Source of the DNA: Polyangiales bacterium
GTDB lineage: Bacteria; Myxococcota_A; Polyangia; Polyangiales; Ga0077539
Assembly: GCA_044229975.1 (NCBI GenBank)
Contig: JBGARZ010000002.1
Location: forward strand, 416,001 to 480,000
Direction of reading: 5' to 3'
DNA: 64,000 nucleotides
A model generated the notes under the pieces. It searched no databases. It had not been told where the DNA came from and saw only the letters and a list, made by a program, of their open reading frames with translations. The position numbers and the translations under genes are program-made. Positions 43,264-53,600 of this stretch are shown piece by piece. Numbering within the stretch: the first letter of the stretch is position 1; each line of letters starts with the position of its first letter.

Positions 43264-44438
43264 CCCACTCCACCCGCATCGCTCTGACCGTCGCGCTCGC
43301 CCTCGCCTCCTGCCGCCGCAGCGAGGAGACCGCGTCGGGCAACCCCGCGCCCGTGCCGACGCTTGCGCCTCCGCCTGCACCCGCACCGGCGCCTGCGCCG
43401 ACGACGCAGACGGGGCCCTTCGGCATTCCCATCCCGGCGATCCCTGGCCTGCCTACGATTCCGGGCATCCCCAACCTCGGAGGGACGCCCAACACCAACG
43501 GTCAGGCCAACGCCAACAACGGCAGCCCCAACACGGAGACCGCGCCGCTGCCGCCCGGCGCGTTGGAGCCCGACGGGTCGTTCACGCTGCCGTTCATGGA
43601 GCAGGAGGCGCAGTACATCATCGCGACGCTCACGCAGAACCTCGAGCCCGCGCAGCGCACCCGCGTCGCCAACATCCCGCTCAACTTTCTCAACACGCTC
43701 ACGGAGGTCAACGCCGCCGCCGGGTGCACCCGGAGTCGACAGGCCTTCATGGTGGCGACCGCGGCCATCCTGGTGCTGCACGGCGCGACGGCCGAGGCCC
43801 GCGCGGTGGACGAGCTCGCCCACACCTCGCTGCTCGAGGACTACACCGCGCGCACCGTGCAGATGGTCAGCCACGAGCAGATGGTGCGGGGCCTCGCGGA
43901 CGGGGCGGTTCCTCCGGCGATGGCGCTCGACCCGCGCAAGCTGGCGCGGCAGCGGTACCTCTACGACGTGCAGATCGGGTTCATCCTCGGGCACGAGCTC
44001 GCGCACCACTATCGAGGCCACACGGGCTGCGCGTCGGGCGCTCCCTCGTCGCCGCAGCAGGGCGACCTCGAAGACCTCCAGCGCGCGGTGTCCAACCTCG
44101 CTCCGCTCTTCAATCAGCCGCTGGAGATCGAAGCCGACACCTGGGGAACGGTCAGCGTCCTCGACGCCGGCTCGCGCCGCGCCACCGGCCGATGGAACGA
44201 AGAGGGCGCCGTCATGAGCATGAACTTCTTCGAGCGCCTCGAAGGGCTCTCGGGCAACTCGCCGCTGCTCTTCTTCGTGCGCTCGCATCCCCGCGCGTTC
44301 ATCCGTCGGCCCGTCATCCAGCTCTGGGCGTCGCAGTGGCGCAACGGCGTTCGCCCGCCCGCCATCACGGCCCCGACCGGCAACAACGGCGGCTCCCCGC
44401 TGCCCTTCCCGCTCCCCTTCCCCATCCCTGGGCGATGA
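43260..44438 (+). CDS. Lipoprotein, M48-like zinc metallopeptidase
   Basis: Lipobox LASC; VNAAA, ILGHELAHH (HExxH), EIEAD, SHP. Confidence 0.85.
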   Translation: MTHSTRIALTVALALASCRRSEETASGNPAPVPTLAPPPAPAPAPAPTTQTGPFGIPIPAIPGLPTIPGIPNLGGTPNTNGQANANNGSPNTETAPLPPGALEPDGSFTLPFMEQEAQYIIATLTQNLEPAQRTRVANIPLNFLNTLTEVNAAAGCTRSRQAFMVATAAILVLHGATAEARAVDELAHTSLLEDYTARTVQMVSHEQMVRGLADGAVPPAMALDPRKLARQRYLYDVQIGFILGHELAHHYRGHTGCASGAPSSPQQGDLEDLQRAVSNLAPLFNQPLEIEADTWGTVSVLDAGSRRATGRWNEEGAVMSMNFFERLEGLSGNSPLLFFVRSHPRAFIRRPVIQLWASQWRNGVRPPAITAPTGNNGGSPLPFPLPFPIPGR

Positions 44439-45184
44439 GCCTGGCGCTCGCGGTCGTGTGCGCCCAGACCGTCGCCGCGCAGACCTTCATCGACCTTCCG
44501 CCCGCCGCGATCACGCCTCCGCCGCCCGTCTCGGCGCGACGTGAGGACGCTGCGCTACGTTCGATGCGCGCCCGCTGGCGACCGTCCATCGAGCTGGGCG
44601 CGGCGGTGCTCGGTGACGTCGGGCGCACCACCTCGGACGGTGTCGTCCGATGGCCCTCGGCGCTCACCCTCGCCCTCGGCGTCGACGCGCGACGCGCGGT
44701 GGGCGACCTGCTGGAGATCCACGCACGCCTCGAATTCGTCGGACCGCAGCGGGTCACCGTGGTGCCGCAGTCGCTCTCCGATCGGGTCGCTCCGCTGGCC
44801 TGCGCAGGCACGCGAGCCTTTGACCCGCTCACCGGCTGGGGCGTCCAGGGCGGCATCTCCGTCGGCTTGCGCGCCCGGGTGTTTTCGCTGCGCTCGCCCT
44901 TCTACGTGGGGCTCGCGTTGCGCACGACGGTCTGGGTCGGCAGCGTCGACGGAGAGGCCGTCGCGTCGTGCATGTCGGGTGGCGGCAGCGTGCGTGTGCT
45001 CGATCGCGTCGAGGCCTCCCTCGTGTCGAGCATCGCCGAGCTCGGCGGAACCCTTGAGACCGGCTTCCGCTTCGGCGCGCGCGAAGAGATGGCCCTGACC
45101 CTCCGGCTGCTCGCCGGTGGCGTCGGCGTCGGCGACCCTGCGGTCCGCGGCGCGGTGCTGTCCTTCGGCTGGAGCCTCCGATGA
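44435..45184 (+). CDS. Hypothetical exported protein, possible small outer-membrane beta-barrel
   Basis: ATGA overlaps at both ends; short signal-like N-terminus; alternating beta-strand pattern ending SFGWSLR. Confidence 0.65.
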   Translation: MSLALAVVCAQTVAAQTFIDLPPAAITPPPPVSARREDAALRSMRARWRPSIELGAAVLGDVGRTTSDGVVRWPSALTLALGVDARRAVGDLLEIHARLEFVGPQRVTVVPQSLSDRVAPLACAGTRAFDPLTGWGVQGGISVGLRARVFSLRSPFYVGLALRTTVWVGSVDGEAVASCMSGGGSVRVLDRVEASLVSSIAELGGTLETGFRFGAREEMALTLRLLAGGVGVGDPAVRGAVLSFGWSLR

Positions 45185-45546
45185 GACGCGCATCGGGTCT
45201 GCTGCTCGCCCTCACCACCGCGAGCTGCATGCAGTGGCGGCAGGTGCCGCTCGATGCGGTGCGCGCGGGGCGCTTCGATCTGCAAGCCGAGCGGGTTCGC
45301 TTCACGGGTGCCGAGGGATCGCGTGACGTCGCCGTCTCGACGCGGGTGGGCCCCTTCGCGCAGGGGCTCGATCGCGAGACGGGGCGGGGCGTCCGGGTCG
45401 ACCTCGACGTCGTGCGCCGCGTCGAGGTGCGCCGCCCCGATCACCTGCTCAACGCCATCATCATCGGTGGGATCTACGTCTCGGTCTTCGCGCTCGGAGC
45501 GCTCACCTTCGCCGACGGGCTCCCCCCGCTATTCGGCGATCGCTGA
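45181..45546 (+). CDS. Small hypothetical lipoprotein with C-terminal TM helix
   Basis: TASC lipobox-like motif; hydrophobic AIIIGGIYVSVFALGAL. Confidence 0.65.
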   Translation: MRRASGLLLALTTASCMQWRQVPLDAVRAGRFDLQAERVRFTGAEGSRDVAVSTRVGPFAQGLDRETGRGVRVDLDVVRRVEVRRPDHLLNAIIIGGIYVSVFALGALTFADGLPPLFGDR

Positions 45547-45547
45547 T

Positions 45548-46285
45548 CTACGGGTGGTGGAGGATGACCGCCGCGAGAAAGCCGACGCCCGCCAGCGTGG
45601 CTGCCGTGAGCACGGCCCGCGTGCGCTGCCTTGCGACCGCGAAGCGCTGCCACGCGGAGGCCCTCGCCTCGGGGTCGATGGCGCGGTCACCCGCCGCGGC
45701 CTGACGAAAGGGGCCCGCGCCGAAGGTGCCGTCGCCTTCGACGAACTGCTGACAGAACTGCCGCACCGAATCGACGATCTCGACGCCGAGGGTGAGGTGA
45801 TCGGAGTCGGGGGTCGCGACCCAGCGGAGGGAGATTTCACCGTCCTTGAGGGTGAGCATCGGGCCCTCGGCGCTGCGCGGCAGGGCGGCGATCTTCTCGC
45901 GCACCGACGCTTGCAGCAGCGACGTCGCGATGGAGCGCGGCGCCGACGCGATGACGAACATCCGGTCGAACTCCGCGTCGCCGACGAGCTGATCGACGGT
46001 CATCCCGAGGAGCTTGTCGAGGCCCTCGCCCACCAGCTCGGGCCGCAGCGTGAGCTCTACCGGGACACCCTCGGCGTGGCACCGCACCTCCGTCGAAGGG
46101 GGCCCGGTGAGCTCGTTGCGCAGGGTGCAGGTGAGCACCCGACCGTTGCGCTCGCCGACCATCACCGCCCGCCGATCGACGAGGTGATCGGGCTCGTCGG
46201 CGAGCGTCAGTCCAGCGACGCGGAGCGCGCGCACGGCGTCGTCGATCCAGAAGCTCCAGCGTTCGGACTTTGAGGTGTCGGCCAT
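45548..46285 (-). CDS. Hypothetical protein with C-terminal TM anchor
   Basis: RBS-like GGAG upstream; VGDAEFDRMFVI segment; hydrophobic C-terminus. Confidence 0.75.
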   Translation of the reverse strand: MADTSKSERWSFWIDDAVRALRVAGLTLADEPDHLVDRRAVMVGERNGRVLTCTLRNELTGPPSTEVRCHAEGVPVELTLRPELVGEGLDKLLGMTVDQLVGDAEFDRMFVIASAPRSIATSLLQASVREKIAALPRSAEGPMLTLKDGEISLRWVATPDSDHLTLGVEIVDSVRQFCQQFVEGDGTFGAGPFRQAAAGDRAIDPEARASAWQRFAVARQRTRAVLTAATLAGVGFLAAVILHHP

Positions 46286-46311
46286 GGCGGTGCGTGCTCC
46301 CTACGAGGTCA

Positions 46312-47166
46312 TCAACGCCGCGCGGCGTCGGAACCTTGGGAGGGCAGACCACGAGCCGCGCCGAAGGTTCCAGCGTCAACGCGCCGGGAGGGCAAACACG
46401 TCCCGGTCGCCGTGTCGCAGCGCAAATCTCCCGGGCACTGCCCCGCACTGCACGCCGCGATACATGCGCGGTGGGGCGCACCGGCGTCCGAGGCGATGGG
46501 GGCGACGAGGGTGGCGTGCGTCCCCTCGGGGCACGGGCGATCGAAGTGGAGCCACGGGTCCATCGCGGGCTGGCAGATGGACGAGAGCCCCACGCGCACG
46601 CAGTCCCCGCCGCCGGTGCAATCGGCGGTGCTCTCGCAGAAGCGGGTCCATCGCTCGGCGGCAGGGCGCAGCGTGCCGTCATCGGGGACGACGTGCAGCG
46701 TGCGCGCGGCGGGGACGGGAGCGTCGTTGGGGCCGTGCGGGACGGCGTCGACGACGAGCCAGGTGCCGAGGCGCACCAGGGAGAGGGAGACCTGCTCGAC
46801 CACTTCAGTAGAGCCCTCGCAGTGCCCGGCGTCGCGGCGCTGTGCCCTCATGCGCAGGCGAATCTCCCCTTCGCCGCGCTCGCTCACCGTGTAGCGCGGG
46901 ACGAACGCGCACGGCACGCGGGCTCCGACGACGGCGTAGGGCGTGCTGCCGGTGGGGGCAGGGTCGGTGAGCAGGTAGATCCACGAGATGGGGACGTCGA
47001 CCTCGCTGCCGTCGGGCGCGGCGCCCATCGGAGGGACCTCCGCGATGGCCGGAACGCGCTCAGGAGCCGGGCGGGGTGGGCCGGCGTCGGCCACGGACGG
47101 TGTCCGCGATCGATGGCACCCGAAGAGCAGCACGGCGAGGCAACCGCAGACGAGGCGCGCGTTCAT
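46312..47166 (-). CDS. Hypothetical lipoprotein with Cys-rich C-terminus
   Basis: Lipobox LFGC; multiple CxxxxxC clusters. Confidence 0.7.
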   Translation of the reverse strand: MNARLVCGCLAVLLFGCHRSRTPSVADAGPPRPAPERVPAIAEVPPMGAAPDGSEVDVPISWIYLLTDPAPTGSTPYAVVGARVPCAFVPRYTVSERGEGEIRLRMRAQRRDAGHCEGSTEVVEQVSLSLVRLGTWLVVDAVPHGPNDAPVPAARTLHVVPDDGTLRPAAERWTRFCESTADCTGGGDCVRVGLSSICQPAMDPWLHFDRPCPEGTHATLVAPIASDAGAPHRACIAACSAGQCPGDLRCDTATGTCLPSRRVDAGTFGAARGLPSQGSDAARR

Positions 47167-47200
47167 GCGACGGGCGACGTAGCACAGCTTTCGGGAGGCT

Positions 47201-47253
47201 TTGACACCATCGCGGAGCGGGTATATCCCGGCTCGCTGAATGGCGGTTCAGCG
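47201..47253 (+). promoter_or_regulatory. sigma70-type promoter with downstream palindromic operator for the SCP2/CoA-transferase genes
   Basis: Perfect TTGACA at 47201-47206; TATATCCC at 47222-47229; CGCTGAA-tggcgg-TTCAGCG at 47234-47253. Confidence 0.6.
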
Positions 47254-47283
47254 TAGAACCCGCCTGATCACGGAGGCTCTGTC

Positions 47284-47616
47284 ATGACCGTCGACATCAA
47301 GAAGCTGTTCAACGAGGAGATCCCCGGGGCCCTGGCCAAGCGCGGCGACGACGCCCGCAAGATCGGCGGCAAGTACCAGCTCAACATCGCCAACGCGGGG
47401 AGCTGGACGGTCGACCTGATCTCCAATCCTCCGGCGGTCACCGAGGGCACCGCCACCGACGCGGGCGTGACCATCGACGTGGCGGACACGGACTTCCAGA
47501 CGATGATCGCCGACCCCAGCGCGGGCATGAAGCTCTTCTTCGCGGGCAAGCTGAAGGTCAAGGGCAACCAGATGCTCGCCATGAACCTCCAGAAGCTCTT
47601 CGGCCTCCTCAAGTAG
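47284..47616 (+). CDS. SCP2 sterol/lipid-binding domain protein
   Basis: GGAGG RBS; WTVDL, MKLFFAGKLKVKGNQMLAMNL signature. Confidence 0.93.
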   Translation: MTVDIKKLFNEEIPGALAKRGDDARKIGGKYQLNIANAGSWTVDLISNPPAVTEGTATDAGVTIDVADTDFQTMIADPSAGMKLFFAGKLKVKGNQMLAMNLQKLFGLLK

Positions 47617-47645
47617 TCTCCCTCCCCGCCTCGCTACTCCACTCT

Positions 47646-47668
47646 GGTCACCGGCACCCCCGGTGACC
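47646..47668 (+). terminator. 9-bp intercistronic hairpin after the SCP2 gene (no U-tract; may stabilise or attenuate the transcript)
   Basis: GGTCACCGG-caccc-CCGGTGACC. Confidence 0.35.
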
Positions 47669-47682
47669 GATGCTCCCGCCCG

Positions 47683-48885
47683 ATGCTCCCTGAATCACTC
47701 CGCCACCGGCGCCCGCTGGAGGGCGTTCGTGTGCTCGACCTCACGCGGCTGCTCCCCGGGCCCTTCGCGTCGCTGGTGCTCGCCGATCTCGGCGCCACCG
47801 TCGACAAGCTCGAAGACCCCTTCCCCGGCGACTACCTCCGCCAGATGCCTCCGTCGAAGGGAGGACAGAGCTCGACGTGGCAGGCGCTCAACCGCGACAA
47901 GCGCAGCCTCGTCGTCGACCTGAAGACACCCGAGGGCGTCGAGACCCTGAAGGCGCTCGTTCCGCACTACGACGTCTTGTTGGAGGGCTTCCGCCCCGGT
48001 GTGCTCGACCGGCTCGGCGTCGGCCACGCCGCGCTGCGCGCGCTGCATCCGGGACTCATCGTGTGCGCCATCACGGGATACGGACAGGATGGTCCTCTCG
48101 CGAAGCGCGCTGGTCACGACCTCAACTACCTCGCGCGAGCAGGTGTGCTGGGTGTGACCGGTCCCGCCGACGGAGCACCGGCTGTGTCCGGCGCGCAGAT
48201 GGCCGACGTCGCGGGCGGCGCGTTGTGGGCGGTGGTGGCGATTCTCGCGGCGCTCCACGAGCGGGCGCGGACGGGCGTCGGGGCGGTGGCCGACATCGCC
48301 ATGTGCGAAGGCGCGCTGCCGTTGGCGACCTTCGCGCTGGGATCGCTCTTCGCGGGCGAGCGACCGAGGGCGCGCGGGGACGGCGTGCTCGACGGCGGCA
48401 TCGCGGCCTACTCGACGTACCTCACGGCGGACGGGCAGGCGGTGGCGCTCGGTGCGTTGGAGCCGAAGTTCTGGACGGCCTTTGCGACCGCGGTGGGCAT
48501 CGAGCCGACGCTCGACGCGCTCGTCCCCGGCGAACACCAGGCGGCGTTGAAGGCGTCGGTGGCAGCCATCTTCGCGAGTCGCACCCGCACCGAGTGGGAG
48601 GACTTCGCCAGGCGCCATGACTGCTGCATCGAGCCCGTCCTCGAAGCGCACGAGCTGCCCGACGACGCGCAGCACAAACACCGCGGGGTCTTCTTCGAGT
48701 CGCCGGGGTTTGGGGGAGATCCGATGCTGGCGTTTCGTACGCCGGTGGGCGCGGGGGCAGACGCGAGTCACTCGCCGCCGCGGGCGGCCGGAGCGGATAC
48801 GCGTGAGGTGTTGCGGGAAGCGGGTCTCGACGACGAGCGCATCGACGCGCTCGCCGCGAGCGGCGCGATCAGATGCGGCGAATGA
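47683..48885 (+). CDS. CaiB/BaiF family III CoA-transferase (alpha-methylacyl-CoA racemase-like)
   Basis: LEGVRVLDLTRLLPGP, LNRDKRS, EGFRPGV, GYGQDGP, AGHDLNY, ADVAGG. Confidence 0.95.
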   Translation: MLPESLRHRRPLEGVRVLDLTRLLPGPFASLVLADLGATVDKLEDPFPGDYLRQMPPSKGGQSSTWQALNRDKRSLVVDLKTPEGVETLKALVPHYDVLLEGFRPGVLDRLGVGHAALRALHPGLIVCAITGYGQDGPLAKRAGHDLNYLARAGVLGVTGPADGAPAVSGAQMADVAGGALWAVVAILAALHERARTGVGAVADIAMCEGALPLATFALGSLFAGERPRARGDGVLDGGIAAYSTYLTADGQAVALGALEPKFWTAFATAVGIEPTLDALVPGEHQAALKASVAAIFASRTRTEWEDFARRHDCCIEPVLEAHELPDDAQHKHRGVFFESPGFGGDPMLAFRTPVGAGADASHSPPRAAGADTREVLREAGLDDERIDALAASGAIRCGE

Positions 48886-49282
48886 CGGGAAGGCCCGCGG
48901 CCTCGTAGCGACGGACGACGCCGGAGCGGCGCGTGTCGGAGAGGAAGCGCTCGCAGAGCGGGCCTAGACCGAGCGGCTTCCAGAGGATGGTTCCGAGCGC
49001 GTGGGCGCGGACGAGGAGCTCGCCGCTTGCGCCGCCGGTGACGAAGCAGAGGTCGATCTGCGGCACCTGCTGACGGACGCGCTCGGCCAGCGTGACGCCG
49101 TCGCCGTCGGGGAGCGTGAGCTCGATGAGGGCGCGGCTCCAGGCGGTGGACTCCTTGAGCGCGGCCACCGTCTCCTGCACGTCGGCGCACGCGTCGACCC
49201 CGACGCCGCGCGCTCGCAGCGCCCGCATCAACGGCACGCGCAGCGCTTCATCGGGCTCGACCACCAGCACTCGAATGGACAT
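48869..49282 (-). CDS. Stand-alone atypical receiver domain (phospho-Asp replaced by Glu)
   Basis: RVLVVEPD, LIELTLPDGDG, FVTG, KP; GGAGG RBS. Confidence 0.85.
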   Translation of the reverse strand: MSIRVLVVEPDEALRVPLMRALRARGVGVDACADVQETVAALKESTAWSRALIELTLPDGDGVTLAERVRQQVPQIDLCFVTGGASGELLVRAHALGTILWKPLGLGPLCERFLSDTRRSGVVRRYEAAGLPVIRRI

Positions 49283-49336
49283 CGGAGACCTCCTGTCGGC
49301 GATGGTCGTGAGTTTGCGGGAGTGCCGCGACGGAGA

Positions 49337-50560
49337 TCAAGGGCCGCGGAGCAACGCCGACAGCCCCATGGCCGCGCCCGCGAGCAGCAGCAGCGACACG
49401 CCCGCCGCCAGGACGCCGAGTCGTTCGCGGCGGGCGACTTCGAGCGGGAGCAGCGACGACGGGCCGCGCGCGAGTCCCGCGCCGACGAGCAGCGCCACCT
49501 CCAACGCCACGCTGACCACCAAGCCCGCGGCGCACAACACGCGGGAGCGGTTCATACGTCGTTGGGTAAGATCGCGGGCCTCGGCGGGGCCATCCCAGAG
49601 CACCCGGAGCGGCGGCAGCGGAGGGGGCGACAGGCGACCGCGTGCGAGGCGCTGGCCCAAGGGCGTCGCGAGACAGGGTGCACGCGACGGACGCACCAGC
49701 GGAGACACCGGCTCGGACAGGTCGTGGTCACGAGCGGCGATCACCCAGGCGACACCCGGCGGGAGCGCCACCGTGGCCCTCCCCTCGCCCGCCTCGTCGG
49801 CGAGCGTCGCGGCCGACCACCATGTCGCGCCCGACGCATCGCCCGCGATCACGTGCCCCGTTGCGCCTGCACTCGTGGCTCGCAACACCACGGCGCCGCC
49901 ATCGTCGCGCACGGCGATGCCACCCGGGACCAACGGCAGCCGAAGCTCGTGACGCTCGTCCCCACCGGGCCGTGGGATGACCAGCGAGACCGGCGCCCCG
50001 AGGCCCATGACACGCACGCTGAAGCGCACGAGGCCGCACGCATCCGCGAGCCCGAGCACGGGGTCGACAGAGACCTCTTCGGTCACCGGGACCAGGCGCG
50101 CGGAGACGGCGCCAGGGTCGACCACGACGTCACCGGCGAGCTCGGGCAGGAGGGTTCCTTCGAGGACGTGCAGGCGATCGCGAGCGGGCGTCGCGGGTGC
50201 AAGCGTCGACGAGGGATGCGGCGTGACGCGCAGGCGGTGGGTGCCGGTGGCGTCGGTGAGATCGAGCGCGAGGGTGCGCGCGTCGGAGGCGACCATCACG
50301 CGAAACCAGGCGCCTCGATCGCGAAGGAAACCGATGGGAGCGACGGCGGTCCCGGAGAGTGAAAGCCGTGGTGGAGAGGCCATGCGCTCGCCCGCGATTG
50401 GGCGCGCTCGCAGCAGCCACGGTCGCCCCGGAGACGGCTCCCCGAGCGCCTCCAGTCGGTAACCGGGATCGGCGATGGGGCCCACGGGCGGCGAGATCGC
50501 CAACACCGCGAAGACGGCGGCGCTCACGGCCGGCGGGAGAACCCAGCGATCCCAGCGCAC
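49337..50560 (-). CDS. Hypothetical membrane protein
   Basis: N-terminal hydrophobic segment and two C-terminal TM helices; GTG start. Confidence 0.6.
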   Translation of the reverse strand: MRWDRWVLPPAVSAAVFAVLAISPPVGPIADPGYRLEALGEPSPGRPWLLRARPIAGERMASPPRLSLSGTAVAPIGFLRDRGAWFRVMVASDARTLALDLTDATGTHRLRVTPHPSSTLAPATPARDRLHVLEGTLLPELAGDVVVDPGAVSARLVPVTEEVSVDPVLGLADACGLVRFSVRVMGLGAPVSLVIPRPGGDERHELRLPLVPGGIAVRDDGGAVVLRATSAGATGHVIAGDASGATWWSAATLADEAGEGRATVALPPGVAWVIAARDHDLSEPVSPLVRPSRAPCLATPLGQRLARGRLSPPPLPPLRVLWDGPAEARDLTQRRMNRSRVLCAAGLVVSVALEVALLVGAGLARGPSSLLPLEVARRERLGVLAAGVSLLLLAGAAMGLSALLRGP

Positions 50561-50694
50561 CCGCCGACCATACCCGACGCCCGCACCGACCGGTCACTCC
50601 AGCGACCACCTCACATCCGCCAACCGTGGTTGACGGTCACCTCGCGGCGCCGCCATGTTCGTTGACGGAACCCCTCGTGCAAGGACTCCCTCGC

Positions 50695-53600
50695 GTGGAA
50701 ACCCTCGGGCCCGGCAGCATCCTCGTCGGTCGGTACGAACTCCAGCGGCGCCTCGGGTCGGGCACCGAAGGGTCGGTCTGGAAGGCGCGTGACCTCCATG
50801 GGGACGGAATACCCTGTGCGGTAAAAGTACAGGCCACGGCGCTCGACCCGGCGCTCGCCCGCCTGCTGCTCTCGCTCGACCACCCGCACGTTGCGCGAAC
50901 GCGAGACCTCGGCGCGCTGCCCGGCGGTGGCTCCTTCGTCGTGATGGAGCTGGTCGAAGGCGTCGCCCTCGATGCCGTCGACGACGTCGGGGGCGTCGTC
51001 CGGGCGGGGGCGTCGGTGGCAGGCGCGCTGGAGTTCCTGCACGGCGCGGGGGTTGTCCATGGCGACGTGAAGCCCGCCAACATCGTGGTGCGGGGAGACA
51101 GCGCCGTGCTCGTCGACCTGGGCATCGCGCGCTCGTCCGGCGACGCGCGCGAGGGGTCGTCGGGGAGCCTGGCGTTCATGTCCCCGGAGGCGCTCTTCGG
51201 GGCGGCGACGCCCGCGCGCGACCTCTATGCCCTCGGCGTGTCGCTCGTGGTCGCCCTGGGCAAGGGGCACCCGTGGGTCGAGGACCCGACCGACGCCCGC
51301 GCGGTGCTCGCATCCCTCGTGCGCCCCGCCGGAACCATACGAGCCCGTGTATTCGATCGGGTCCCGGCGCCGCTGCGCACGGTGCTCGCGTCCGCGGTGG
51401 CGCACGACCCGGCGGACCGTCCTTCGTCGGCGGGAGCGTTTCTCCGTCGGTGGCGCCTCGACAGCGCCGAGTGGCTCCCCGCGACGGTCGTCGACGCGGC
51501 GTGGACCACCGACGACGAGACGATCCCCGCGGCTCCCCGGTGGCGCGGCGGCGACGCGGCGGCGCGACACGTCGCCGAGCAGCTCGGCCGCGCGGCGACG
51601 GGGGACAGCGCGGGTGTGGTGATCGTGGGCCCCGAAGGGTCGGGGCGCCGACGGCTGCTCGAAGACGCCGTGCGCCTCGCGCGAACGGACGCAGCCGCCC
51701 GCGGAGAAGTGCTCGCGCGACGGGATGCGACGCCGACGTCGTGTGAGCGGCCGACGGCGTTCGTGATGGTCGACGCGTCGGCGGCGACGCTGCGGTTGGC
51801 GGCGGACGTGGTGGAGCGCTCGCGACGGTACGGCGAGGCGCACCCGATGGTGCTGGTCGCGACGTCCATGGAGGCGGTCGACGACGCCCGACTCGTCGTC
51901 GTCGAGAGGGCGGCGCTGTCGACGGACGCGCTCGCTGCCCTGCTTGGTGACCTGCACCGCGCCCCGGTGGCGGCCGCGGTGGTGCGGCGGTGGGCGGAGG
52001 CGACGGGCGGGTGGTCGGGACGCGTGGTGGGTCTGTCGCGTGAGCTCGGCCCGACGGCGATCACCACGGCAGCGTTGCCGATGCGCGCCTCGACGCCGGG
52101 GGCACCTGCGCCGGTCGGCCTGGGCGACGATGCGCTGCGCCTCCTGCGCCGCCTTGCGTTGGCGCGCGATGCCGTGCCCCGCGAGGCTCTCCACGGTGAC
52201 ACCGCGCTCGCGACGCTCGAGGCGCGCGGACTCGTCGTGTCAGAGCGCGGAGGGGTTCGCGCCACGGCGGCGGCGGGCCGACCGGAGCCGGGAGATGGCC
52301 CCGCGGTGGGTGCGCTCGCGGAGCGACTGTCGGCGCTGGGCGCGCACGGCGCTGCGGCGCGGATGTTTGCCTGGGGAGGTGACCGCGCCCGAGCGAGCGC
52401 CGCGACGAGGCTCGCGCTGAGCGACCCCGAGGGCTCCACCGACGAGCAGATCGGGTTGCTGCGGGAGGCGCACGCCTGGGTCGAGCCCGCGTGGCTGCAC
52501 GCGACCTGGATGGCCGCGGCGCTCTGTCGCGCGGGTCGCCACGCGGAGGCGCGGGCGTGGACGGAGGGCGCGGGGACACCGGCGGCGGTGCTGCTGCATG
52601 GCGAGGTGCTCCTTCGCGCGGGCGATCGCGAGGGGGCGCGGCGCTGGGCGGAGGCGCATCGTTCACTGGCGGGTGACGTCGGCGTCGCGGGTCGCGTGCT
52701 CGAACACCGCGCGGCCCTCGATCGCGGAGAGCCTCCGTCGGCCGATGAGCTCGGCGTGACCTTCGCGGAGGCGACGCGGCCGGGGGGCGACGAGCTGCTC
52801 GCCGCGCGCGTGTTGGAGCTCGCGACGCTGAGCGCGCTCGGTCGCGACGAACGCGATGGGGCCAAGGGGTTCTGTGACGCGTGGGCGCAGCGGTTGGGCG
52901 TGCACGCAGCGCGTGACCCGCGGCTCGCGGGCGTACGGGGGTTGCTGGCGCAGCGGTCGGGCGACCTCGTCGGCGCGGCGGCGGCGTACCGGCGGGCGTG
53001 GGAGTCGGCGAGCCGCGACGGCGACGCGCGGGCAGCGGCGACCTACCTGATGAACCTCGGCGCGGCCTCCCTGGAATCGGGCGCCCTCGGCGAGGCGTAT
53101 CGGGCGATGCGACGCTCGGCCTCGCTCTTCGCGGCGGAGGGCAACGGCGCGTCGCTCGCGCGGGCGCTCGCCAACGTGGCGTCGCTCTCCATCTGGATCG
53201 GCGCCAACGAGGAGTCCGCGTCGCTCATCGCGCGGGCGCGGCGCGCGGCCGAAGAAGCGGGCGATGTGCTGACGGCGCGGTGGGTCGACGCCCTGGAGGC
53301 GGAGGCGTCGGGCGATGCGTCGCGGTCGCCGACGTATGCCGACGCGGTGGCGACGCTGGGCGCGCCCGTCCTCGCGGCTGAGCTGCGGGCGCGGTGGGCG
53401 TTGGGCGCGATCGACGCGGGATCGCTCGACGAAGCCGCTGCCGCGCTCGGCGTGGCGGGTGCTGACGACGGAGCGATGACGTCGCTGGCCCGCTTCGCGC
53501 TCGCGGTGCGCGGTCACCCGAGGTTCGGCGCCCCGGAGGCCGCCGAGGTGCGGGCGCGCCGTGGCGTCGAGGCCGACCCGAGCGTCGAGCACGAGCTGCT

